DNA of 64,000 nt from the human T2T-CHM13v2.0 reference genome, Homo sapiens. The stretch is taken from NCBI RefSeq assembly GCF_009914755.1, contig NC_060947.1; one strand, 5' to 3'. This document shows positions 15,120 to 28,300 of the stretch, piece after piece. A program made the translations under genes and the position numbers. The notes beneath the pieces were generated by a model. It worked only from the letters and a program-made list of their open reading frames with translations, was not told the DNA's origin and did not search any database. Every line of letters begins with the position of its first letter. Positions within the stretch are counted from its first letter, which is position 1.

Positions 15120-15970
15120 TACTTTTTCTTTTTCTAAAAAAATTTTGTGAGTACATAGTAGATGTATATATTTATGGAGTATATAAGTTGTTTTGACACA
15201 TGCGTGCAATACGAATTAAGTACATAATAAAGAATAGGGTATCCATTCCCACAAGCATTTATCCACTGAATTGCAAACAATCCAAGTACACTCTTTAAGT
15301 TCTCTAAAATGTACAGTTAAGTTATTATTGACTGTAGTCAGTAAATCAATTGACTACAGTCAATAATAAATCAATTGACTATAGTAGTGCTGTCAAATAT
15401 TAGGTCTTTTCATTTTTTTTTAACTTTTTTATACTCATTAACCATCCCCACTCCCTCCTCCCCCAACCTTTCACTATCCTTCCCAGCCTCTGATAACCCT
15501 CATTCTACTCTCTATGTCCATGAGTTGAATTGTTTTGATTTTTAGATTCCACAAATAAGTGGAAACATGCTATGTTAGTCTTTCTGTCCCTGGCTTATTT
15601 CACTTAATGATTGCTAGTTCCATCCATGTTGTTGCAAATGACTGGATCTCATTCTTTTTATGGCTGAATAGTACTCCATTGTGTATATGTACCATATTTT
15701 CTTTATCCGTGCATTTGTTGATAGACACTTAGGTTGCTTCCAAATCTTAGCTATTGTAAACAGTGCTACAACAAACAGGAGTACAGAAATCTCTTTCATA
15801 TACTGATTTCCTTTCTTTTGGGTACATACCCAGCAGTGCATATTTGCTGAATCATTTGGTAGTTCAATGTACAGTTTTTTGAGAAAACTCCAAATTGTTA
15901 TAGTGGTTGCACTAATTTACATTTCCAACAAGAGTGTATGCGGTTTCTCTGTTCACATCTTCACCAGCAT
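15120..15970 (-). mobile_element. L1MA 3' end with TSD
   Basis: gtagatgtatatatttatggagtat...; ORF2 C-terminal remnant ALFTIAKIWKQPKC...YTMEYYSAIK; TSD tttgacatttctt / tttgacacttctt. Confidence 0.88.
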
Positions 15971-16829
15971 TTGACACTTCTTATGGAGCAGTCTGCTGGT
16001 AATGAATTCCTTCAGCTATTATAAGTCTGAAAAAATCTTTATTTTTGCCTTCAATTTCACTAGATATAGATTTCTAGTAAATAGTTTTTTAATCCTATCA
16101 GTACTTTAAATATGCTCTTCCAACATCTTCTTATGTGCATACTTTCTGGTGAGAAAGTTGTCATATTTATCTTTGTTCTTTCTACATTACATAATCATGC
16201 TGTGTCTTGGTGTACTTCTCTTCATATTTCTTGTACTTGGTATGCATTGAGACTCTTGGATATGTGGATTTATGCTTTCATTTAATTTGGAAAATTTTCA
16301 CCTACTATTTCTCAAAACAGTTTTCTGCCCTTTTCCCCTTTGCTGTACAGACAGTATTCATGTATATCAAGACACTTGAAGTTGTTCCATATCTCACTGA
16401 TGCTCTGTTGATTATTATTTTTTACTTCTATTTTTCTCTTTGTGTTTCATGTTGAATTTTCTATATTGCTATGACCTCAGGTAGACAAACTTTTTTCTTC
16501 TGCAGTGTATAATTTGCCATTAATCCTATTCAGTGTATATTTTAATCTCAGTAATTGTAGTCTTTGTCTCTAGTAGTTCTACTTGTTTCATTTACATAAA
16601 TATATCTTCTCAGTCTCAACTTAACTTTTAATATATGGAATATGGTTATAATAACTGTTCTAGCGACCTTGTCTATTAACTCCATCCTCTTTGTCATTTC
16701 TGGATAGATTTACACATATTTTTCTCTCTAATATGGGTCATAATTTTCTGTTTCTTTGCATGTCTAGTAATTTTTTGATTTAATACTGGACATTGTGATC
16801 TTGTTGAATGCTGCGTATTTTTTTAATCT

Positions 16830-16830
<1 letters not shown>

Positions 16831-16862
<32 letters not shown>

Positions 16863-17147
16863 AGACAGGGTTTTGCTCTTGTTGCCCAGGCTGGGATGCA
16901 GTTGCGTGATCTCGGCTCACTTCAACCTCCGCCTCCCGGGTTCAAGTGATTCTCCTGCCTCAGCCTCCTGATTAGCTGGGATTACAGCCATGTGCCACCA
17001 TGCCCTGCCAATTTTTGTATTTTTAGTAGAGGCAGGGTTTCACCCTTTTGGCCAGGCTGGTCTTGAACTCCTGACCTCAGGTGATCCATCTGCCTAGGCC
17101 TTCCAAAGTGCTGGGATTACAGGCATGAGCCACCACGCCCTGCCTGT
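16831..17147 (-). mobile_element. AluS
   Basis: Long poly-T; TSD ttttttaatctt. Confidence 0.95.
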
Positions 17148-17534
17148 GTTTTTTTTAATCTTAAAAATACTTTTAGCTTTGTTCTGAAACAGTTAAATTA
17201 CTTGGAAACTGTTTGTTCCTTTCAGTTCTTGCTAGTAATATTTTTTTTAGCTAAGTCTGGAGCAATGCTCAGTCTAGGATCAACTTTTCCCCATTACTGG
17301 GGCAAGACCCTTCTGTGTACTTTTGTGTAACATTCCATGAATCCTGAATTTTGCTATTCTGGCTAATGGGAATACGTCTTATTGCTGAGCATGTGTGAAT
17401 GTCAACCACTGTTACCTCTACTTCTTTCAGGTTGTTCTTTCTTTGGCCTCAGATAATTTCATTGTATGAGTGAGATGATCAGTAGTCTGATGAATACTCA
17501 AGGAGGACCCTCCCTCTGCAGATCTCTGGAGTTC

Positions 17535-17536
<2 letters not shown>

Positions 17537-17566
<30 letters not shown>
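17537..17566. repeat. (TG)15
   Basis: Directly visible. Confidence 0.95.
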
Positions 17567-17569
<3 letters not shown>

Positions 17570-20500
17570 CTCTCTCCTCTCTTATTCCTTATCCCATGAA
17601 TTATAGCCACCTTCTTCTCCTTGGACCCTGAGCTCCATCTCTTCAATTTAGGAAGTCTACTTGGGTTCCCCCACTCTACCCCATGGCCTAAAATCGCTCT
17701 CAAATCAGTAAGCCCAGGCAATTGTAGGGTTCACCAAGTTTGTCATCTCTTAGGGATCCCTGTCTTTTATTGCCTGATTCAAGTGTCATTAAAACAAAAA
17801 CAAAAACAAAAAAAACCCTTGTTTCATATTTTGGGTGTTTTGGGGATTTTTCAGGTGGGATGGTAAAACTGATCTATCTTGGCCAGAAGCTGAAGTGTTC
17901 CTAAAGTTTTTTAGTCCTCATTACTTCCAATGCCTTGGTGCCAGGGCAGGGTATATATTCACTACAACAACAGGTCAAAATTCTTCGAGAAGATTTTGTT
18001 TACTATGTGGCACATAGGCTTTCAGTGTAGGGTCATCTGTTGTGTCTCTTGCAATATGAATACTTGTATTAAGATGGCCTAATCTTTTGTCTCAGTTGTG
18101 TCTCAGTTTTCTCTCAACTGGAACTTCAGTTAACATGTGTTTTTATTTAATTCTAGCAGGATAGGGTTTTACTTTTCCTATCATAAGTGAGGAAAGTGGA
18201 AAATGGTTTTAAAGTCTTGGAATTCACAGAAAGAAGTCCTGTGAACACATGTGAAATTAAGCCATTTCTTGTTGAAGGTAGGGAGAATCATAACAGGGAG
18301 GGAGAGGAGACAATATTCCTTTTAAATCCTATATGGCAAACTTTCATTTTCCATGACTACTATGAGTCAGAAAACTGTAGTTTAAGAAGAAATCTTTCCA
18401 TCCCATTCCCCTGCAAGCCCTTTTATTAGGACTTTAATAGCTAGGAAAGATGATTAAAATAACTTCTCCAAGGGAGAGAAGTAAATGAACAGAGACATAG
18501 TTGAAGACTAATAGGGATTGGTCTATACTATATCTAAGATTCCTTGCAATTCTAAACCCAATTCCAGAATATCCACTCTATACACAGTCAACTATCATTT
18601 TCTAAAGTGTTATGGAGTCAAACTAGACTGTTTCAAGACTAAATGTTGACCAAGTGTCATTGTCACACATCCACAAAAAGACATGGTAGTCTTTCAAAAA
18701 AGTTTTTTTCAAGTATCTATATCACACATGAGTTTTATCTACTGTAATTAAAGTAATATATTTAGCTATAATTCTAAGCACTAAGCACCACCACCAATAT
18801 CTCCTGTGTTCCTGGAATGAGCATAACCTTAATATAAAGAGGGGGAAAACAGAATGAAAAACAAGGTTAGAAAGATAGTCCCTAGCTTCTTGTGAGAAAG
18901 TTAAAACAACTATAACAAAAGTCTGAGCATGGATATATTTTAAATGGCCTACATACTTTTAATTCCTTGAAAATAATGCAGAAAATCCAAAAATGTTGAA
19001 AACGTTCTTGGGGATTACAAGTATGGAAATACAGAATGAATTGCAAACTTCACATTTTTTTTTCTGTAGATATTTAAGAATCTGTTTTCCAATTCAATAT
19101 TTCCTTGCTCCTTTTGTTATTGAAATGCTAATTCAGATTTTTGCCAGTGAAATAGAAGATCCTATAATGGATATTCTGAGATTGAAAAGTGAAGGAGGGT
19201 ATTGCTTCTAGTTCAGTTCTATGGACCCAAATATTTAATATTAAGTAAAATCAATGGTCTCTTCCTAAATTCTCAGGACTTTATTCTAAATAAGCTTTCC
19301 CCATTTACATAGAATGGCACTGATGTTGCTGAGAAATTCCAATGTAGCATGCAACAGTGGTTCCTAATTGCTTTAGCATTTATCATGCACAAGAGACAGG
19401 AGGGAAGTTGTCTCATTTTGTATAGCTCAGTTGCATTTCTTATCTCTGAAGTACATTTAAGCAGCAAACTGGGACTTAAGGTAGCTGCCTGAAAACCAGC
19501 GTCCATTAACATGCATATCTTGCGGGGTTGGCGGGGGATGAATTGGGTTTTCTAAAGCAGAATACAGTTCCATCTCATTCTGTGCATTAATTTTACATAA
19601 TTTCTCTTTTACACATTTTATAAATTAAGGACCATGATCTGACTTACCCATACAAATTCTCATGCTCACATTTTCCAGGTTGTGCCTCTTGTCTGCTTTG
19701 TTTTCAAAACATTTATTTTATTTTTCCTTTTCGTCCCACACTATGCTGATGTAAGTTTTCAAAACATTATGAAAAAGCATCTTGGTGCATTTCCAAGATG
19801 CTCTTTGGGCTCAATTAGTACCTGGTAATATTCTTCCAAGTAGTCATGGGAGGTGTTTAACTACTGTGCACTTACGCATCTTTTACCTGACAAGTCTTAT
19901 GAACAGGTTTTATGTTATAAAGAAACAGTACTACTTCACATTCTACAGCAAACATTTGGTTAGCATGTATGAGTCTAGGAGAGTGGGGAAGCTGAAGTTC
20001 TGCTTATGCACTCTTGAATGTGATCCTTCCTGCCAGTGAGTTCTGATGATTTGTCTAAGCAGCAACAGACTATGGTTACTGTTTCAGGAATTCAAGTCCC
20101 ATTAAGATGTAAACCCCCAAAGGGGTATACAAAATCAGATGGACTGAGAAGCACAGGTGTACCTATTTGTCTTTGAGGGGCTGTTTGGATGAATAAAGTA
20201 TATTTGGACTATGCCCTGGCAAATATAGATTGCCCCCTTGAAGTGAGGATTAAAGTTTATGTATATATACATATGTATATATAGGTATGTAAATATATAC
20301 TGATCCTAAAATGGTCTCTGCTGTAGACAGTTTCTAACAGTTTCTAATATAAAGGCAGTCTAATTACACCTTCCTATTGTGATGTAGATATTGTTTTACA
20401 AAATCCCCCCTAGGTGCATCAAGTGAAGTGAAGCTGTACAATCAACTTAATTGTCTGTATATAGACAATCCATGTACCTTGTAGATTTTTGCACACCATT

Positions 20501-20843
20501 CGTGACTTGCTTTCCTATCCTGTGGCCCATGTGATCCCACAGATGCCTTCTTTGGACAGGCACTGGTCTCTAAGTCTTACTCTTACCGCCCTTCTGCGTG
20601 GCAAGGGTGATTTGGTAAAGAAAGAATCAGGAGTAGGGGCCAATTATTTTTCTAGAGTTCTTTTAAACTTTTGGTTTCCAATAAGGCAGGCATTATAATT
20701 TGCTAACAAATTATTGATATTCAACCCATCTATCCTATATTCCATCAGTGCAAGCATACTTTCTTGTCTGTGATGAGTATATTTTCCATGTACTCACAGT
20801 TGCCTTCCTAGTGGTTAAAAATAAGAAAATGAAAAGGGAGTCA

Positions 20844-21153
<310 letters not shown>

Positions 21154-21545
21154 GAGTAATTTAAAGAGCAAGATTAAGTGTCAAGGGAAGGAGACAGAAA
21201 AAAAAAAAGTAAATGATCACCTCAACCTCCTTGAGTAGTTGCTTCAATATAGGATTCACTCATTATCCAAGGTCTGCATGAAATTTTAGGTAAGTCATTT
21301 TATAAATTGTTCTACACTAGTATCACCTCTACATTTGAAAAATCAAGAGTTGACTTTATTGACTCTATTGAAAAGCCTCATGTTTCTAGGCAAAGTACCT
21401 TTAGCCCAAACCCTAAAATACCCCATTTGTTTCATTCTGAAAAATGCAGTCAATCCTACTACAAAGCAGGAAAATATATTTATAATAAAGTAGAGACAAT
21501 AGTATTAAAAAATGAATCTCTACAGGAATAATTTACATGAACACA

Positions 21546-21551
21546 TTTATT
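21546..21551 (-). terminator. Polyadenylation signal AATAAA (cleavage ~21530)
   Basis: Plus strand tttatt; upstream UGUA elements (~21595, ~21615); U-rich downstream tract (plus aaaaa ~21507-21512). Confidence 0.7.
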
Positions 21552-23393
21552 GTGAGTAGCTGTATGGAAAGGCAAGTCAGATATATATAGATATACATAT
21601 ATATATAAACACTATACAGAGTTGCAAAGTCGTCTCCCAAAACTGCAAACGAGATGTTTACAAGGAAAAGAAAGTACAAGAGTATTTACAAAGGAAGACA
21701 AAGCCAAAGCAACTCAAAGCATATCTGTGAAGCAGAAATAGCAGATGTAATTAGCTGGTGGAACTGTAAAGTTTCAGTTTTTAACGACCAAGTGACTATG
21801 CCTGATATCAAATTAAATGTAGAGGTCACACACACAAAAATATTCCATCATTGTTTTTTCTTAGCAGCATGAACTGATAGCTGGAAGGTAAGTGATAAGT
21901 TGGTAAACATATTCCACAAAGATTCTTCCAGCACAATACTGAATAAATTAATTGTCTGTAAACTAATAAATAATGAGAACAAGATTGCATTTGTTATGCA
22001 GTACCTGTGACTATGTGTACCTGTTACTATTTGTATAATACGTACTACTGTGTATGAGGTTTCTCATTCATTTATTCAGCAACTGTTACATCTGTGCTGT
22101 ACCCTCTGTACCCTGTCTGCTGGCAGCTTCTGAACCTAATATGCAAATAAAGTGATACAGTATTTTCCCCCAAGTAATCTTTTTTCCCACAATTCTGAAC
22201 AATTATTACTTAACTTACTTGAAAAAATAAAATGGTGACAGAAGGCTTGAAAAAAAGTTGCCTAAAGAGCGCGTTGTTATAATGAACAAAAGCCACACTG
22301 CGTTATTTGATTAGGTTGGAAAAAGAGAAGAGTCTGAAGGAACTGATAAAGTTGATGCCCTAGCAGTGACCAGTAACTGGAACAATGACTGATCTCATAG
22401 CCACGTCCTCTCCTCAGCACAATTTACAAGAGGGAAAAAAGAGCCCACCATCCCTTTGGTTGGTAGGCAAGGAAAAATAGAAGTCAACTCGGTTCTTTGG
22501 AAAAGTTAGTTTAGCAACACGTACTATAAGCTTGCTTGAAGATAGAAGTACACGTTCAAAGACATTAAAACCAAGTAGTGAAAACCTTTAGATAAATATT
22601 ACACTACTTCAAAGTTGCACATTAAATGCGAAGCAAATTTCATTTTAACAGAGTTTACACACAACAGGTACATCTACAATCACATGTACACAGGTACACA
22701 AAGTGTGCATACACACGAATATGTACACACACACACTAGTGCTCACACACATACAAACACACCCAACTGTGATATGATGAGGTTTGCCAATGATGGTACA
22801 GCAAGCCAAGATTTGTGTGCCACCACGGAACAAAGCTCTAAGCAAGCTTCAAGACCTTTGTACCTATTCTCTGTGGTCACCACCTTGCTAGTGTCACGTT
22901 CTCAAAGGTCCAGGTACCTAAAATCTTAATTCAGTTTACATCAGAGGCAAGCAAAAATAGAACGGGGGGGAGCTTGCTCTGATTTTTTTTTTTAATTTGG
23001 TACATCTTATATTGGCTCAATATCCAGAAGGAAACAAGGCCTTATAAGAGGTTCTTTTTGGCTTAAGTTTTTGTCAGAATATTGATTGATAAGTAAACAC
23101 TAATTTCTTGAATATGGGAAATTGATCTCTTTATAGTAGCCATGGGCATAAGAGGAAGAGTGTGCATTGGGGAAAATGGAGAAAGAATAAGAAAAAGTAG
23201 AATAGAGGTTGAAAGTGGGGAGAGGCCCAGAGAAGCAGGGAGGGGCCTTGGGAAGAGACTTTTGAAGAGCTTTGTTTCTTTTAGGAGGTAAATGTAGGTT
23301 TCACAATAAATGAAAAATAATAGGTTTGGAAATACTCAATCGATTTTCAGGCAGAACATCACAGTGTTGTATGTGAACAAATAGCTGTTTCTC

Positions 23394-23566
23394 AGTTCTG
23401 CCTTTAAAATGTTGGAAATGCTCAATCAAGATATTAGTTTCATTGACATATAACATGAGCAGAATGTTGCAGTTTTGCTAATGAGCAAAACTTGAAATAA
23501 TCTGCCCTTTAGTCCTGCCTTTAAAATACTGGTAATGCCCCATCAAGATATCAGTTCAGTTGACAT
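23394..23566. repeat. Degenerate direct repeat, 117-bp period
   Basis: 23394-23449 vs 23511-23566: 46/56 identical by hand alignment. Confidence 0.85.
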
Positions 23567-24101
23567 TTAATTCATTGATCAAGAAATGTTTTGTGTGTGT
23601 AATACTCGGAAAAAAGATTCCAGATCATACCTTCCTTCCAATTATGACAGCTGTTTTTTCTTTATGTGCCCTGGTTTAAAGTTTTTCAACTTCAAAATTG
23701 AATCTAAATATTTTACATTATTAAAATTGGCATTGACCAAATTTATATGTATTCTAAGTTACTTTTTTTTAAAGAGGGAAAGAGTTATGAGATGCTCACT
23801 TGTATAGTATCTGTTTCCTTTCAAAGGGACAGACTGGGGAGGAAAACCAGAAAACAAAAAACAAAGCACAGTGTAAATATTGTTAATTAGAAATCACTGG
23901 ATCCATAAGCAGCAGTATGAATGATCTGCATGAATAGGATCATTCAATTGCCAGAGTCCACTTGTAGGCTTGTAGAAATTTGGGTTGCTTTCTACTCAGA
24001 AGCCTCTGAGTTTTCTTTCCTTTAGGCAGATCTGGAGTAGACGAAGATAAAATTCCATAAGCATCACTTTTCTTCTAAAATGTGTTTTTGTGGCAATATA
24101 A

Positions 24102-24106
24102 TCACT
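24102..24106 (-). CDS. IRS4: Terminal coding bases (AG TGA) of the spliced IRS4 isoform, 1256 aa ending ...SPKRE*
   Basis: Donor AGAG|GTCGGT at 34163/34162 joined to acceptor TTTTGTTTTATTATCTTTTTCCTAG|AGTGA gives GAG TGA. Agrees with my recollection of a two-exon IRS4 transcript. Confidence 0.8.
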
Positions 24107-24946
24107 CTAGGAAAAAGATAATAAAACAAAAGTTACTTGCAGAATTAATGTGGAGAGCTGTCACCCCCACCCTGTTTTAAAACAAAACAACACAAAACAA
24201 AACAAAATCTAACTAGAAGTTTTTGAGAGATATACAGAGGAGACTGCCTGGGCATGGACATGGTTAATCAACTCTGCTGGCTGCCTGTGAGGAATATCAG
24301 CTGGGCAAAGACACAAGGGCAGTTATTCTTCTTGCCCCCAGGCTGTCACTGACATTTCTGGTGGACAGCATCTTTGCACGTGCGTGCACTGTTCTACTTT
24401 CTTCCAGTGGAGCCCAAGAGTGAGCCAGGCATTGTGCAGAGAAACAGATTTTTTTCTTCTTCTTCTACATGTTTGACTCTGCCTTCACCAGGTTATGTGG
24501 CACAAGTCATAGGATTTAAGTACAGCATTGGTGATGGTCTCTAGACTCAATCATTGAATTTCTTCTAATAGAACAAAGTCATACCTGCAAAGGAGACTTG
24601 AAATTCCCATCTGTTTAATAAAAGAAAAAAGTTCCAGCATTATTCTCTTGGCTTTCTGCTTTTGAGTGGGTGCATAATGGGGAGTGTGGCAGGGGGTGAT
24701 CAGATACATAGAAGAAGGTGCTGGACCAGAGAAGGGATAGGAATAAATGATCAGCAAATTGATTATGGGATGCCAGTGTTACCTTAAGATCAGGTCACCA
24801 CAAAGTACCAAGTATTCTATTTTATTTGAGACATCTTAAAAGAATCCATGGAAAACATCCCCCAGAGTGGGCTTCAAGTACAAGATTGTCTATTAAACTG
24901 GAAATATACATTTTAAGTATTCATTTTCTCATCAAAGGTTTTACAA

Positions 24947-25045
24947 TTTTTTTAAAGAGATGAGGTCTCACTATGCTGCCCAGGGTGAAGAGCAGTGGCA
25001 TCATTATGGCTCACTGCAGCCCCACCCAGACTCCTGGGCTCAAGG
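24947..25045 (-). mobile_element. Old Alu monomer fragment (AluJ/FRAM-like)
   Basis: gagatgaggtctcactatgctgcccagg...atggctcactgcagcc. Confidence 0.8.
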
Positions 25046-25180
25046 ATTTTTAAAATGTAACAAATTTGCAGCTGGATGAAGCACTGAGTGGGAACAGTAC
25101 ATTTCCCTCTTACTAGTTGTGTCTCTTCATTAAGATTCAATGTATAGGTTTGTTCTTGTAGATTAGAAGTTTAAAAAAAT

Positions 25181-25379
<199 letters not shown>

Positions 25380-28300
25380 TCAGCAGTGGGTTTAGGAAAT
25401 TTTACATTTTATGTATCTAGTTCTACACAGGAAGAAAGGAGTCTGTGATAACCACAGTTAACTGTGAGACTGCATATTAGTAACTGTTAATTCGCTGCAA
25501 AATTAGGCTAGACCAGTACCAGTATTACAGTGTTATCAGATATCAGCTACATTTTAAAATAGATATTTAAGGTTAGGAAGGTATTTCACCTAGTTTAGTT
25601 TACTATTTTGTTTTAATACCAAAAATATTTTCATATGTCCATATATAGCACATTGCATGTGCTTTAAAAGGGACTTCTTGCTGTCTTATATGATACACTG
25701 GATTTCATATATATTTTCCCAGAAACCTGCAAATTAAGCTCCATATAACTACCCTATTGGCATTATACTAAGATTAGGAACATTTGCTTTTATTGGAGTT
25801 GTTTTTCTTTCTCTTTCCTTTTTTTAAATGACAGAGCCTCTACTAAAATTTGATTCATATTGCCATTGCTTTCCTATAACACCTACACCAGCATTAAGTG
25901 AATGTTTGGTAACTTAATAAAAAGTGACAAATAATTGTGTAATTTCATGTTTACTTCACAAAATACATTTGTCAATTCTTGATTAACTATGCTAGTAGAA
26001 AGGAATAATGTTATCCCAAACAGGATAATCCCAAAATAATTTAACTTGCTTTTGAAATGCATTATGGGAACTTGAGCCACAGATTTGCCTTTATAATCCT
26101 ATTTTACTTAGGCCAATATTAAAATGAGTTTACATTCCCGGGGCACATTCCAAAGAACAGCGTAAGGAAGCAACTCAGAAGCTTGCTGGGTGGCAAAGGA
26201 AAGCAATTCGAGATTAAAACTTGGTTGTGAACAGTCTGCAAAATGAATATTAAAGGGCTAAAAGTCATACCTTAGATTTGTCTCCCGTTCATTTTTATGT
26301 GATTTCACCATCAGCAAGGTAAATGGTGATGCTTGTAATAATGTGGTCTGTTTTGGATGTATTATTCCCATTTGATACTGACAGGTTATAAATACTTACC
26401 TTATTGTATATTCTTATTTTCCCAATTAATCAAAGGTCTTTTAAACAACAAGTTAATTTCACCCTTTTTAATGGGTGGTATACTCTTCAGGTAATTTTTC
26501 TCTGTAATATAGAAAACCTCAGTGGACTCTGATGAGTCAAAATATTTCCCTACTCCTCCTACCAAAATCTGGCAGGGAACTTTTTTTTCTCAAAAACAAA
26601 TGAAGTAAACTTTTCTGTTTCGAGTTATATAATGATATAAACCTGAACATTAATCTTTAATACGCTAATAATGCACAGATGACTTCAATATCCCTGGAAA
26701 TTTGTAGGGTGAGCCAAGTAGGCAGTTCCTCCAGGGTATTTCAGACCTCTTTATATGAATCATAAATATGCCTCTATTACATTTTGAAGTCCGAAACAGC
26801 AGTATTTCCTCTGCTCAGAGAAAGGTGAACCTATAACAATATATTGTTATTCTCTCATTCTCTTTTCCCTTTCTGCAAACTTATTGTCTTAGTTATCTTT
26901 TCAGCTCCAATTTTCCTGGAGCTCAAAAATGTTTTTCAAGGGTTTTTGCAAATTCCTCACTCTGTTCATTTGACAACATGCTATCCCTGCACCCCTGTGA
27001 TCAACTGGAGCTCACATAAGCAGGGGCAACCAAGTAAAGCACCAAAAAAAAAAAAAAAAAGGGAAGCAAAGAAAGATATGTTGAAGCATACATGCCAAAG
27101 ATGAATGTATAATAATGCAATTATATTAGTTAGCTTAGCATTGTCTCTGGAGTATATGTAGGTTTTTTTGTTTTTTCTCAATAAGAAAGGATCATCATAC
27201 TTTTCTGTGCCCTGTGATTGTAGAGGAGGATGACTCTCTAGGACTTGATAAAATTAAGTGCTATTGCTCAAGGCTAAAAACTAGTAATAATCGCTGCTAG
27301 TCTTTACAACACCAATTATACCAGACTATTATCTCCTTCATAGATCGGATGATAAAATACCTTTGTTCCCACAATGGCAATAGTTTTGGGACAGAATGCT
27401 CAAAAGAATCTGTAAGGGAAATGTATGACACTTGTAAACCCCCATCTCCTCAAAGGTCAGCTCAATCGTTTTACACCTGCCCTTTGTTAGCAGGCCCTGG
27501 GCCACTTATGCATGTGCATTCCAGTCTTGAGTATCTGGATACAAACTCTATGGAGATCAGCTACAGGATTTTCATGGTAGGTCAGCTTCTCCACTACTTC
27601 CCAACACACACATGGGCCACTTCACTCTGCTGCCTAGTTACTGCCAACTTAAAGAATGCAAGTTACTAGAATTCTAATATAGGCAGTTTCAAATTTACAA
27701 AACAGACATATTCCAAGGTCATTGTTTAGTTGAAACTCAGAATAAATTATCTTGTAGAAACAATGTCATAAATTAATGGTGGATAGGTTTATAGCTTTGT
27801 CTAGATATGCCTATATTTAACCTATGCAACTCCTGAACTAACAGAGAACTATTTTGACTATACCCAGTCATCATTTCTGAGGGAAGATGTATGTGAAGTT
27901 TCAGTTTGAGACTCCAGGAATATATGTCTTCCAGCCATGGCAATAGGAATTGTGTCCCCCATACTCAACCAGTTGGAAGAGTCGGAGGCAGGGTGACAGC
28001 CGAAGGGAAACTATGGTAAAAGCTGCAGCAACAATAAGGACTTCATCATGGAGGTGGGTGGGGGCACAGGACTCTGAGTGCGAGGACAAGGTTGGTAAGC
28101 TTTCAAGACTGGAGGCATAAAACTTTAAAAAGCAAGAGTAAAAAATCACATTTGCTGGTCAGACTTTCAAGGGCCCCATGGATACACATGTGAGCAATTT
28201 TCAAGATTAATTGTGAGATGGAAACTTCACTGTTATTCTAAGTTTCAAGTCTATAAGTAGGAAATTATTAATCATAGGAGAAAAATTATATAAATTGTCA

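Larger units (their letters stand above)
5070..17900 (-). mobile_element. Nested L1M complex: old L1 (5070-5770 and 14980-17900) split by a near full-length L1MB-like element (~5770-14980)
   Basis: Degenerate ORF2p translation [27 protein letters not shown]...[10 protein letters not shown] (8844-9146); endonuclease N-terminus TALNVNRLNDP (~11590); ORF1-like GAERTFEEIIAK (13235-13435); L1MB 3' ends at 5770-6840. Confidence 0.88.
21530..24106 (-). other. IRS4: IRS4 terminal exon (long 3'UTR)
   Basis: Strong polypyrimidine acceptor at 24108-24107; no recognisable TE in this AT-rich sequence; AATAAA at 21551-21546. Confidence 0.75.
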
